Below the pieces are notes generated by a model. That model worked only from the letters and a program-made list of their open reading frames with translations, ran no database searches and was not told the origin of the DNA. The position numbers were made by a program, and so were the translations under genes. Below are positions 7,773 to 16,229 of a stretch of DNA of 20,182 nucleotides, piece after piece (within the stretch, counting starts at the first letter, position 1; each line of letters begins with the position of its first letter). Source of the DNA: Vulcanimicrobiota bacterium (GTDB taxonomy: Bacteria > Vulcanimicrobiota > Vulcanimicrobiia > Vulcanimicrobiales > Vulcanimicrobiaceae). The stretch lies in the NCBI GenBank assembly GCA_003133025.1, contig PKZK01000130.1, positions 1 through 20,182 on the forward strand. Direction: 5' to 3'.

Positions 7773-8065
7773 GCTTCGAGCGCGCGGCGCACGACGCGCG
7801 GCGCCGGCTGCGCGTACACGACCTCGCGCAGCGTCCAGCGTTGCGCCACCGAGACGAACAGGTTGACCAGCAATGCGAGTAAGACGGCGTCGTCGAGAAA
7901 TCCCAAGACCGGAATGTCGCCGAAGATGTCGAGCGGCGAGATCACGAGGATCGCGGCGAGCAACATCGCCGACTTGAACCACAGAGGCACCCGGGCATCG
8001 CGCGCGAGCGGAAGCACGCGGGGCAATGCCCGCTGGGCCGTGGTGAACAGACGCAACAGTCTCAC
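7751..8065 (-). CDS. YkvA/DUF1232 family membrane protein
   Basis: D.RVP...K......L...SPLDIFGDIPVLGFLDD signature. Its 3' end overlaps the DUF2461 gene by 22 nt. Confidence 0.88.
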   Translation of the reverse strand: MRLLRLFTTAQRALPRVLPLARDARVPLWFKSAMLLAAILVISPLDIFGDIPVLGFLDDAVLLALLVNLFVSVAQRWTLREVVYAQPAPRVVRRALEAQSTLHP

Positions 8066-8098
8066 GGCACTCTCTTACCACGAAGCCGGCGGAAAGTC

Positions 8099-9562
8099 TC
8101 ACCGGGCATCGCGAAGCTTGTGCTTTTCGACCTTGCCTAACGCGTTGCGCGGCAGTTCGTCCACCACCACGATCTCGCGCGGCACCTTGAAACTGGCCAA
8201 GCGTTCGCCGAGCGCCGCGCGAACGGCGCCGGCATCGAACGCGCCGTCGGCTTCTACGAACGCCCACGGCAGCTCGCCGCGGGCGGGATCGGGCATGCCC
8301 ACCACCGCGCTCGCGCGGATGCCGGGCAGGCGGTTCAACTCGTTCTCGACCTCGAGCGGGTAGACGTTGAAGCCGCCGGTGATGATCAATTCCTTGATCC
8401 GGCCGACGATCCGGTAAACGTCGTGCGCGGTGTCGTAGCGCGCGAGATCGCCGCTGCGATACCAGCGCGTGCCCGCCTCGTCGAGGACAAAGGCCTCGGC
8501 GGTCGCCTGCGGATTGCCCCAGTAGCCGCGGCAGACGCCGGGCCCCGCGACCAGCATTTCGCCGACCTCGCCCGCGGGCAGCGGCGTCGCGCTTCCAGGC
8601 GCCGCGACGCGAACGCGTGCCCCGGGCGTGGGGATGCCCACGCTGCCCGGTACGCGCGGGCCGCCGAACCGGTTGGTGCAGGCGAAGCCGAACTCCGTCG
8701 CGCCGTAGCGTTCCAGGATCTGCGCGCCGAAGCGCGCCTCGAATCCGGCGAAGACATCCGACGCGAGCGCGGCCGAGCCCGAAACCCAGAGCCGCAGTCG
8801 CGGCGGCGCGCCTTCGAGCGACTCGAGCAACCGCACGTACATCGTGGGCACGCCGAAAAACATCGTGACGTCGTCGCGGTGCAACGTCTCGAGCGTGCGC
8901 GCGGCGTCGAAGCGCTCGTCGAAGAGCAGGTGTCCGCCCGCCGCAAAGGTGCCGTTGAGCGCTGCGCCCAGACCGTGCATGTGGAAGAGCGGTAGCGCGA
9001 CGTACAGCGTGTCGCGCGAGGTCCAGCGCCACGCGACGGCGACCTGCGAAGCGATGGCGGCCAGGTTGGTGTGCGTCAGCACCGCGCCCTTGCTGCGGCC
9101 GGTGGTGCCGCTGGTGTAGATGATCGCCGCGTCGTCGTCGCCGCCGGGCGCGACGGGCGGCGGCTCGGGCTCGCCGCTCTCCATGGCCCAGGCTTCGACC
9201 GCCGCGGCATCCACGGCCCCGAACGCGCCGGCTTTCGCGAGATGGGGCCGGGTGCCGGCGCTGGTCAGCACGAGCGAGACGGCCGCGTCGCTCAAGACGT
9301 GCTCGAGTTCCGCCGCCCGGTAGAGCACGTTGACCGGCACGATGACCGCGCCCAGGCGCAAACCCGCGAGGTAGGCGTAGACGAAAGCCAAGCGGTTTTC
9401 GCAGTAGAGCGCGAAGCGGTCGCCCGCGCGCAGTCCGGCCTCGTGGAGCCGTCGCGCGACCCGCAGCGACGCCGCGTGGAGGCCGGCATAACTCCGGCCG
9501 TTGACGGCGGGCGCGTCGGCGCGCTCGCTGCGGGCTGCGTCGAAAAGGTCGAGAAGCGTCAT
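8099..9562 (-). CDS. matB: AMP-forming acyl-CoA synthetase, malonyl-CoA synthetase (MatB/ACSF3)-like, 487 aa
   Basis: YTSGTTGRSKG, LPLFHMHGL, GVPTMYVRLL, VSGSA, ERYGATE (MatB-type ERYG.TE), IITGGFNVYP and LPRNALGKVEK. ATG 9562 is preferred. The family is secure; malonate specificity is inferred. Confidence 0.8.
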   Translation of the reverse strand: MTLLDLFDAARSERADAPAVNGRSYAGLHAASLRVARRLHEAGLRAGDRFALYCENRLAFVYAYLAGLRLGAVIVPVNVLYRAAELEHVLSDAAVSLVLTSAGTRPHLAKAGAFGAVDAAAVEAWAMESGEPEPPPVAPGGDDDAAIIYTSGTTGRSKGAVLTHTNLAAIASQVAVAWRWTSRDTLYVALPLFHMHGLGAALNGTFAAGGHLLFDERFDAARTLETLHRDDVTMFFGVPTMYVRLLESLEGAPPRLRLWVSGSAALASDVFAGFEARFGAQILERYGATEFGFACTNRFGGPRVPGSVGIPTPGARVRVAAPGSATPLPAGEVGEMLVAGPGVCRGYWGNPQATAEAFVLDEAGTRWYRSGDLARYDTAHDVYRIVGRIKELIITGGFNVYPLEVENELNRLPGIRASAVVGMPDPARGELPWAFVEADGAFDAGAVRAALGERLASFKVPREIVVVDELPRNALGKVEKHKLRDAR

Positions 9563-9609
9563 GAACTGCGACGGTGTCCTTCTTGGTTCTCGGCCGGCGC
9601 GGAGGGGCC

Positions 9610-9643
9610 GCCAGGGAAACGATAGCGTAACGTTGCAGCCACG
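9610..9643 (+). promoter_or_regulatory. Bipartite upstream motif, copy 1 (GCCAGGGAA-N16-GCAGsCAyG)
   Basis: Lies 68 nt upstream of ATG 9678 and recurs with the same internal spacing at 10756-10789. Confidence 0.45.
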
Positions 9644-9677
9644 CAGCCGTACGCCCGCTCTCATGGGGAAAGACTAC

Positions 9678-10742
9678 ATGCCCGTCTCCGCGTCCTCGCG
9701 CGTCTTCGTAGCGACCGTCTCACTGGCGTTGCTCGCCGGTTGTTCCGGGAGCACGTCGGTCCCGCCGCAGTCTCCGGTGTCGGCCCAGAGCGTGGCCCGT
9801 TCCGGCGCGCGCACTGCCGCTTCGGGTTACCGTGCCGACATCTCGCTCGCGCGTCCGGGCATCCGGGGCCTGCTGAGCACGGGTGCGCCGCACTTCAAGG
9901 GCGACGCGAAGGACTTCACGGGCACGGCTTGGGTGACCGACGAGGCCGCGAACCTCCTCTACAAAGTGAGCGCGGCGGGCAAGATCAAGGCCATCGGAAC
10001 GGGGTGGAACCAGCCGCAGGGCGTGGCCATCGACAAAGCCGGTCACGTCTACGTCGCCGACACGGCGAATTCGCGCGTCGTCGTCTTGACCAAAGCCGGC
10101 AAGGCCGACACGATCCTCAACGATCCCGGTGAGTTTCCGGTCGCCGTGGGCGTGGCCGCCGACGGAACGATCGGCGTGGTCAACCTCACGAGCACGAGCG
10201 GCGGCGCGGGCAGCATCTCGTTTTACTCGTCGTTGAGTCAGTCCGAACCGACGAGCACCGCGAGCGGCTTGCTCTATCAGGATTACTCCGGCGGCTTCGA
10301 CGCGTCCGACAACTTCTACGTGCTCGGCGTCGATGCGAACGACGGCATCCACGTCGGCGTCGTTTCGGCCGGCGGCACGACGGTGGCCGACACCGGCATC
10401 GATACCAGCACCTACCTCTTCCCGGGCGGCTTGCAGGTGATCGAAAGCGGGAAGGGCGCCAAGACGGTGCAGACGCTGACCGTGGGCGACCAGGGCGCGC
10501 CGGTCGTCTACACCTACGCTCTGCCCGGCTACGCAGCCGGAGCCTCGGTCTCCCTGGGCGGTTCGGGAGATGTCGTCGGCTACAGCTTCCAAAAGAATCT
10601 CAAGGCCGTCGGCGCCGCCGATGCGGAATTCGCGGAAGTCAACTTCTACGCGTGGCCCGCCGGCGGCTCGTCGCCGACGGCATCGGTCGCCGGCTTCGAA
10701 GAGCCCGGCGGCATCGGCATCGTGGCTACCGGCGACGAATAA
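9678..10742 (+). CDS. NHL-repeat/beta-propeller lipoprotein (354 aa)
   Basis: Lipobox LAGC, NHL repeat WNQPQGVAIDKAGHVYVADTANSRV, further blade-like repeats, and a purine-rich SD GGGGAAAG. Confidence 0.85.
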   Translation: MPVSASSRVFVATVSLALLAGCSGSTSVPPQSPVSAQSVARSGARTAASGYRADISLARPGIRGLLSTGAPHFKGDAKDFTGTAWVTDEAANLLYKVSAAGKIKAIGTGWNQPQGVAIDKAGHVYVADTANSRVVVLTKAGKADTILNDPGEFPVAVGVAADGTIGVVNLTSTSGGAGSISFYSSLSQSEPTSTASGLLYQDYSGGFDASDNFYVLGVDANDGIHVGVVSAGGTTVADTGIDTSTYLFPGGLQVIESGKGAKTVQTLTVGDQGAPVVYTYALPGYAAGASVSLGGSGDVVGYSFQKNLKAVGAADAEFAEVNFYAWPAGGSSPTASVAGFEEPGGIGIVATGDE

Positions 10743-10755
10743 GGAGCTCCGCCCA

Positions 10756-10789
10756 GCCAGGGAATTTCCGCCGCGACGGGGCAGGCATG
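10756..10789 (+). promoter_or_regulatory. Bipartite upstream motif, copy 2
   Basis: Lies 69 nt upstream of ATG 10825: GCCAGGGAA at 10756-10764 and GCAGGCATG at 10781-10789. Confidence 0.45.
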
Positions 10790-10824
10790 GCAGCGCAGGC
10801 CTCTTCCCGTTCAAGGAGTCCAGG

Positions 10825-11925
10825 ATGTCCCGTTTGGAATCGCTTCGCGCGCGTTTTGCGCTCGCCGCGATCGCCACGCTCGCCGGCTGCTCGTCGAGCG
10901 CTCACGTTTCGCCGTCGGCGAGCCAGACGTTCGCCGATCACGCGCGGCTCAGCGCCGTGGCGGAACAGGGTCTCAGCGTTAACGGCGTCCCGTTCGTCGG
11001 CTCGCGTCAGGCTTGGATCAACCTCTTCAACGCCGCGCCGGCCGCGCACCGTTCCGTTCCGCCGAACCTCGACGTTGCGCCGGAGAAGGCCACGCCGTGG
11101 GGCGCGAGCGTGTTCGTGTCGGATTTCGGAACGCAGACGAGCCCGGGCGCGGTGTATCAGTTCGCTTCGAAAAAGAACGGCAAGCTGCTGGGCACGATCT
11201 CCGACGTGGTCAACCCGCAGGGTATGGACACCGACTCCAACGGCAATCTCTGGGTTGCTTCGACCGGAAATTCGACGATCCGGGAGTATCCGAAAGGCAA
11301 ATTCGTCGCCACGACGGTGCTCAGCGACAACGACGAGTTTCCCGTGTCCGTGGCGGTTTGCCCGAACGGCACGATCTACGGCTCCAACGCCGACGATTAC
11401 AGTCAGTTGCCGGGCAACATCGTCATCTACGCCTCGGGATCGACCAGCCCGACCGGTACCGTTCCCGAAACCAACATCTTCCGCTCGTATTTCGTGGCCT
11501 GCGACCAGAGCAACACGCTCTGGTTCGATTACATCAACTTGAGCAATCAGCCGGCGGTCGCGTCGTACAACGGGACCACGGTCACCGAGTACGGCAGCCT
11601 CGGTTTGACGCCGTACGAGGCGCCGGGCGGCATTCGCGCGAGCAACGACGGCAAAACGCTCGCGATCGTCGATCAGAGTGCCGCGCAGATCGACTTCTTT
11701 ACCAAGAGCAATCTGAGCCAAGGGCCCTATCTGAAGCTCGGCAACGTCTTCACGCTGCCCGTTTCGTTCTCGTTCATCAAGTCGCAGAAGAACGTCTGGG
11801 TCGCCGACGACACGAAACTCGAAGCGCTGGAAGTGACGCTCAAGGGTAAGGTACCCGCGACCGTCGGCACGGGCACGCTCGTGACGCCGATCGACGCCTT
11901 CGTTTTCCCGGCCGGCAACACCTGA
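10825..11925 (+). CDS. NHL-like/beta-propeller lipoprotein (366 aa), paralog of the upstream gene
   Basis: SD AAGGAG at 10813-10818, lipobox LAGC, repeat NPQGMDTDSNGNLWVAS. EFPVSVAVCPNGTI aligns with EFPVAVGVAADGTI of the upstream gene. Confidence 0.85.
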   Translation: MSRLESLRARFALAAIATLAGCSSSAHVSPSASQTFADHARLSAVAEQGLSVNGVPFVGSRQAWINLFNAAPAAHRSVPPNLDVAPEKATPWGASVFVSDFGTQTSPGAVYQFASKKNGKLLGTISDVVNPQGMDTDSNGNLWVASTGNSTIREYPKGKFVATTVLSDNDEFPVSVAVCPNGTIYGSNADDYSQLPGNIVIYASGSTSPTGTVPETNIFRSYFVACDQSNTLWFDYINLSNQPAVASYNGTTVTEYGSLGLTPYEAPGGIRASNDGKTLAIVDQSAAQIDFFTKSNLSQGPYLKLGNVFTLPVSFSFIKSQKNVWVADDTKLEALEVTLKGKVPATVGTGTLVTPIDAFVFPAGNT

Positions 11926-11929
11926 CCCG

Positions 11930-11958
11930 GAGGCGCGGCCGCCTCGGCGGCGCGTCTC
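11930..11958. terminator. GC-rich hairpin between convergent genes, possible terminator
   Basis: GAGGCGC-G-GCCGC-CTCG-GCGGC-GCGTCTC forms about 12 bp with one bulge and one G-U pair. There is no U-tract. Confidence 0.35.
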
Positions 11959-12724
11959 AGCTCGGCGCGACGGGTTCGAACAGGAAGTTGTTGATGTAGC
12001 GCCCGCGCTTATCGAAGTTCGCGAGATTTTGGTCGCGCTCCACGACGAATTCCGCGGCGTCCGTCTTCTTTCCGTCGCGCCAGAACGACGCGCGATAACC
12101 GAAGCTTTCGACGTACGCGATCCGCTCTGCCAGCGGCTCGGAGAACTGTCGCTGCTCGATTTCGACCAAGAGCGCCGGGCGGCAGCGGCGAATCGTGCCG
12201 GCGGCCCCGGCGATGACGCGCCGTTCGTGTCCTTCGACGTCGATCTTTACCAGATCGACATCGTCGAAGCGGAATGAATCGAGGGTCTTGGCCTCGACCG
12301 GGATCGACGACGCTTCGATCGAGTCGACGATACGTGAGGTTCCCGAGCGATCGACGGAGTCGTTTTCGGGAACCAGGAACGACACGGTTTCCTCGCGGTC
12401 GCTGAGCGCGTACTCGTGCACCTCGATATTGGCCTTGAACGCGGCGGCGTAGCGGCGAAGCGCCGCCGCACAATGGCTCAGCGGCTCGAAGGACTCGACG
12501 CGCGCAAACTTCGACCCGAGCAGTACGGTGTAGGAGCCCCAGTTGGCGCCGACGTCGACGAAGCGCCTACCCCATGGCTTAGCCCTTGCCTGAAGGAGAT
12601 GGGCCAGTTCGGGCTCTTGCAATCCGAGAATTTTCTCGAGGCGCGGCCGAACCGCAACGTACACTTGGTCGGGCACGGTGGCACGAGTGAGACGGGCCAC
12701 GCGGCCGACGACGCCCGCGATCAT
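11957..12724 (-). CDS. FkbM family SAM-dependent methyltransferase
   Basis: FVDVGANWG, SFEP, and TLDSF...DLVKIDVEGHE..VIAGA..TI...RPALLVEI. Confidence 0.92.
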   Translation of the reverse strand: MIAGVVGRVARLTRATVPDQVYVAVRPRLEKILGLQEPELAHLLQARAKPWGRRFVDVGANWGSYTVLLGSKFARVESFEPLSHCAAALRRYAAAFKANIEVHEYALSDREETVSFLVPENDSVDRSGTSRIVDSIEASSIPVEAKTLDSFRFDDVDLVKIDVEGHERRVIAGAAGTIRRCRPALLVEIEQRQFSEPLAERIAYVESFGYRASFWRDGKKTDAAEFVVERDQNLANFDKRGRYINNFLFEPVAPS

Positions 12725-12787
12725 ACCATCCGTATCGTCGCTTCCGTCCTCCGCCTTGAGCCGGGCTTCAGATCCGAGTGATCGTCC

Positions 12788-13531
12788 TCAGCGGCCGCCG
12801 GAGACGGGCACGATGGCGCCCGTCACGTAGGCTGCTTCGGGCGACGAGAGCCAGAGCACGGCGGCGGCGACCTCCGCCGGCGTGCCCGCGCGCCGCAACG
12901 GGATGCCCGGTGCGAGCCGGTCGAGACGGTCGGCCGCGCCCGCGGCGGCGTGCAGGCCGGTTTCGATCAGCCCGGGCGCGACCGCGTTGACGCGGATGCC
13001 GTCGTCGGCGACCTCGCGCGCGAGTCCGACGGTCAATGTGTCCAGCGCGCCCTTGGTCAGCGCATAGTGAATCCATTCGCCCGAGCCGCCGAGTTGCGCG
13101 GCGCGCGACGAGACGTTGACGATCGTTCCGCCCGCGCCGCCGCGCCGCGTCGACATGCGGCGCACCGCCTCGCGCGCGCAGAGCACGGCGCCCACGACGT
13201 TTACCGCCAACACGCGCTCGAGGTCGGCGGCTGCGAGCGAGTCCAAGCGCGTCAGCGGTCCCGTGATCCCGGCGTTGTTGACCAATGCCGCGAGCGGTCC
13301 GAGATCGGCTTCGGCGCGGTCGAAGAACCGAACGACGTCGCGTTCGTCGCTCACGTCGACGGGAATCGCGACGGCGCGGCCACCGGCCGCGCGCACGCTT
13401 GCGGCGACGTCCTCCGCGTCGTCGCGGCCGGAACGATAGCCGACCGCGACCGCAAAGCCGCGTTCGCCGGCGAGCCGCGCGGTGGCGGCGCCGATTCCGC
13501 GCGAGCCGCCTGTAACCAATAACGCCTGCAT
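12788..13531 (-). CDS. Classical SDR family oxidoreductase (YgfF-like)
   Basis: TGGSRGIG, NNAG, VNVSS, catalytic YALTK and IRVNAVAPG. Confidence 0.93.
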   Translation of the reverse strand: MQALLVTGGSRGIGAATARLAGERGFAVAVGYRSGRDDAEDVAASVRAAGGRAVAIPVDVSDERDVVRFFDRAEADLGPLAALVNNAGITGPLTRLDSLAAADLERVLAVNVVGAVLCAREAVRRMSTRRGGAGGTIVNVSSRAAQLGGSGEWIHYALTKGALDTLTVGLAREVADDGIRVNAVAPGLIETGLHAAAGAADRLDRLAPGIPLRRAGTPAEVAAAVLWLSSPEAAYVTGAIVPVSGGR

Positions 13532-13567
13532 GGGTGCGAGTATGGCGCCGTCGAACGCGAGTCCCGC

Positions 13568-14131
13568 ATGAGCGTCGAATATCTCGGCTCGATCGCCAAC
13601 CTGGTGACCCTCCTAGTCGTGGCGATTTCGGCTGCGGCAGCGGTCAGGCAGTTGCGCCACTACCGCGATGCCAACCAGCTCCAAGCGATCCTCGCCGTGG
13701 TGCACGACTTCAGGGACGCGAAGCTCCAGGCTGCTCTGCGTTACGTGCAGGTCGAGTTGCCCGAGCGGATGCTCGACGAGGCCTACCGCGCCGACTTAGT
13801 GCGCATCGGTTTCGTCGATTCGGAAACCCACCCCGAGATGCAAGTCTGCAATTGGTTCAACGAGATGGGCACGTTGCTCAAGAACCGCTTGGTCGACGAG
13901 ACGACGTTTCTCGATCTCTTTCATCGACTCGCTTCCTACTATTGGCGCCTGCTCGCGCCGTCGATCGCGTTGCTCAGGCAAAACCGCGGCAACTGGCAAT
14001 ACGAGAATTTCGAGTTCTTGGCGGCCAGCGCTCAGCGCTGGCACGCGGCCCATCCGAACGGTACCTACCCGCGCGAGACGCCGCGACTGGCGTTGCCCTC
14101 GCTCGACGAGATCGGCGTCAGCGCGCCTTGA
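13568..14131 (+). CDS. N-terminally anchored helical protein, DUF4760-like
   Basis: N-terminal TM (IANLVTLLVVAISAAAAV) followed by RQL, then CNWFNEMGTLLKNRLVDE and YENFEFLA. This pattern resembles DUF4760 proteins. Confidence 0.6.
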   Translation: MSVEYLGSIANLVTLLVVAISAAAAVRQLRHYRDANQLQAILAVVHDFRDAKLQAALRYVQVELPERMLDEAYRADLVRIGFVDSETHPEMQVCNWFNEMGTLLKNRLVDETTFLDLFHRLASYYWRLLAPSIALLRQNRGNWQYENFEFLAASAQRWHAAHPNGTYPRETPRLALPSLDEIGVSAP

Positions 14132-15707
14132 GCATCTCGCGGGCGGCGTTCCAACCCGGAGCGCCCATCACGCCGCCGCCCGGGTGCGCCGCCGAGCCGC
14201 ACAGGAAGAGATTCTTCACCGGCGTCTTGTAGTTTGCGAAGCCGGGCGCGGGCCTGAACGCGAACAGTTTGTTCAAGCCCATCGAGCCCTGGAAAATGTT
14301 GCCGCCGGTCAGGTTGAAGGTACGCTCGATGTCGACCGGCGTGAGGATCTGCCGGCCGAGCACGCTGTTCTTGAAGCCGGGCGCATAGCGCTCGACGACG
14401 TCGAAGCAACGGTCGGCAAAGGCGTTCTTCGTGGCTTCGTCCCACGTGCCGTCGCGTAGCGTGTAGGGCGCGTACTGGCAGAACATCGACATCACGTGTT
14501 TGCCCGGCGGCGCAAGCGTCGGGTCGACCGACGAGGGAATGGTGCATTCGACGATCGGTTCGCTCGAGTACCGGCCGTATTTGGCTTCGTCATACGCGCG
14601 CTCGATGAAATCTTGGTCGGGACAGAAGTGGATCGTACCGCGGTGCTGCGGCCCCGCCGCGCTGCCCGGCGCGGCGCTGAAATTGGGCAGCGCGTCGAGC
14701 GCGACGTTGATCTTTGCCGACGCGCTCGAATAGTCGATGCGTTGTATTTCGGCCACGAACTCCGCCGGCAGCAACGCGGGATCTAGGAACGTTTCGAAGG
14801 TCAGGCGACAGTCGACGCTGCTGGCGACGACCTTCGCGCCGAACTCCTCGCCGCTCGCGAGCACGACGCCCTTGGCCGCGCCGCGTTCGACCGCGATCCG
14901 CGCGACCTCGGCCTCGGTGCGGATCTCGACGCCGAGTGCCTGCGCCGCTTTGGCCAGCGCTTGCGTCAAGCCGCCCATTCCGCCGCGAACGTAACTCCAC
15001 ACGCCGCGATGGCCGTTGGTTTCGCCCATCACGTGATGGAAGAGCACGTACGCGGTGCCGGGCATCGAAGGTGCGGCGAACGCGCCGATGATCGCATCGG
15101 TCGCGAGCGTGCCTTTGAGTTGCTCGGATTCGAACCAGCGGTCGAGAATGGGCCGCGCCGCTCCGGTCAGGATTTCCAGGGCCTCGCCCATCGCCGGCCC
15201 GAGCTTCGCAAACGAGGTCCCGAGTTTGCCCAACTTTGCGAGATCGGCGATGGAGGGTTTGCTCACGTTCGGCGGCGTCTGCACGAGCGTCGGTTCGACG
15301 ACGGCTGCGACGCGTTCGAGCATCTTCTCGTAGGCAGGGTAACGCTCCGCGTCGCGCGCGCTGAACTTAGCGATCTCGCTGCGATTGAGCGCGGCGTCGG
15401 GACCGAGCATCAGATAGCGGCCGTCGTCGAAGGGCGTGAACGACGACGGGTTGCGCTCGATGCAGTCGAAGCCGAATTCGCGCAGTTTGAGGTCGCGAAT
15501 GATCTCGGGGCGGAAGAGGCTGTTGACGTAAGCCGCCGTCGAGACCTTGAAGCCCGGGAAGACGTCGTCTTCGGTGACGCACGCGCCGCCGACCAGGTGC
15601 CGGCGCTCGAGCACGAGCACCTTCCATTTCGCTTTGGCCAAATAACAGGCTGCGACCAAACCGTTGTGTCCGCCACCGATGACGATTGCGTCGTATGCAG
15701 TTGCCAT
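14118..15707 (-). CDS. FAD-dependent oxidoreductase, phytoene desaturase superfamily (COG1233, PYROXD2-like)
   Basis: YDAIVIGGGHNGLVAACYLA, VLERRHLVGGACVTE, YVLFHHVMGE, GGMG, TPVDIE...GGNIFQG and LFLCGSAAHPGGGVMGAPG.NAA. Confidence 0.92.
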   Translation of the reverse strand: MATAYDAIVIGGGHNGLVAACYLAKAKWKVLVLERRHLVGGACVTEDDVFPGFKVSTAAYVNSLFRPEIIRDLKLREFGFDCIERNPSSFTPFDDGRYLMLGPDAALNRSEIAKFSARDAERYPAYEKMLERVAAVVEPTLVQTPPNVSKPSIADLAKLGKLGTSFAKLGPAMGEALEILTGAARPILDRWFESEQLKGTLATDAIIGAFAAPSMPGTAYVLFHHVMGETNGHRGVWSYVRGGMGGLTQALAKAAQALGVEIRTEAEVARIAVERGAAKGVVLASGEEFGAKVVASSVDCRLTFETFLDPALLPAEFVAEIQRIDYSSASAKINVALDALPNFSAAPGSAAGPQHRGTIHFCPDQDFIERAYDEAKYGRYSSEPIVECTIPSSVDPTLAPPGKHVMSMFCQYAPYTLRDGTWDEATKNAFADRCFDVVERYAPGFKNSVLGRQILTPVDIERTFNLTGGNIFQGSMGLNKLFAFRPAPGFANYKTPVKNLFLCGSAAHPGGGVMGAPGWNAAREMLKAR

Positions 15708-15717
15708 GATCCTCGGG

Positions 15718-16080
15718 TCAGCTCGGGTTGAAGCAGTGCTCGGAGACCCAATAGAACCCGTGGCTCATGGTCTGCAGCGGAATCGTGGTTTCGTAGTAAC
15801 CGCGCCCGTCGGGGGTGTACCGCGGACCGGCCTGAATCTGGAAGCGCTCGCCCAAACGCGCGCCCGGGACGTCGGCCGGGCTGGGCACGCCGCCTTCGTG
15901 CGGCCACTCGTAGAGCGGCGCGCGGTTGCAGAGATTGACCGCGCTGCGCAGCGCCTTGGCGGTTGTCTTGCCGCGCGCGTGCGGAGACGGTTGGGGCGTC
16001 GGCGATGGGTCTGCCGGGCTCGCCGCAGCCATGGTGCAGGCGGCTGCCAGAGCGATGGCGGTCAGGGGCAAGATGCTCAC
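15718..16080 (-). CDS. Small secreted protein with Pro-rich linker and possible SH3b-like domain (120 aa)
   Basis: GAGG lies 8 nt before GTG 16080. Signal peptide ILPLTAIALAAACTMAAA, PSPTPQPSP linker, then a domain bracketed by two further Cys. The stop is 10 nt before the next ATG. Confidence 0.65.
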   Translation of the reverse strand: MSILPLTAIALAAACTMAAASPADPSPTPQPSPHARGKTTAKALRSAVNLCNRAPLYEWPHEGGVPSPADVPGARLGERFQIQAGPRYTPDGRGYYETTIPLQTMSHGFYWVSEHCFNPS

Positions 16081-16229
16081 GATGTCGACCTCGGGGTTGC
16101 GCAGGGGACGGCTGGACGAGCCGAGGAACGAGGCGCTCGGCTCAACCGCGCCCAGGGGGGCGCATACCCCTTCCACGGCTGAGTCCGGTCGACCGTCCCG
16201 AGACTTCCGTCCATTTCCAAGGAGTAGCC

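Noticed and set aside
10756..10812. Cobalamin riboswitch suggested by AGGGAA
   Set aside because: The gap is too short, the GCCCCCGC-ACTGT and B12-box elements are missing, and the downstream genes are not B12-related.
14118..15707. crtI / carotenoid biosynthesis cluster
   Set aside because: The motifs (GGGHNGL, HHVMGE, HPGGGV) fit the PYROXD2-like branch, and there are no crtB/crtE or hopanoid genes in the window.
16164..16190. SigB/SigF-type promoter (GGGTAT on the minus strand)
   Set aside because: There is no GTTT-like -35 element at the expected spacing.
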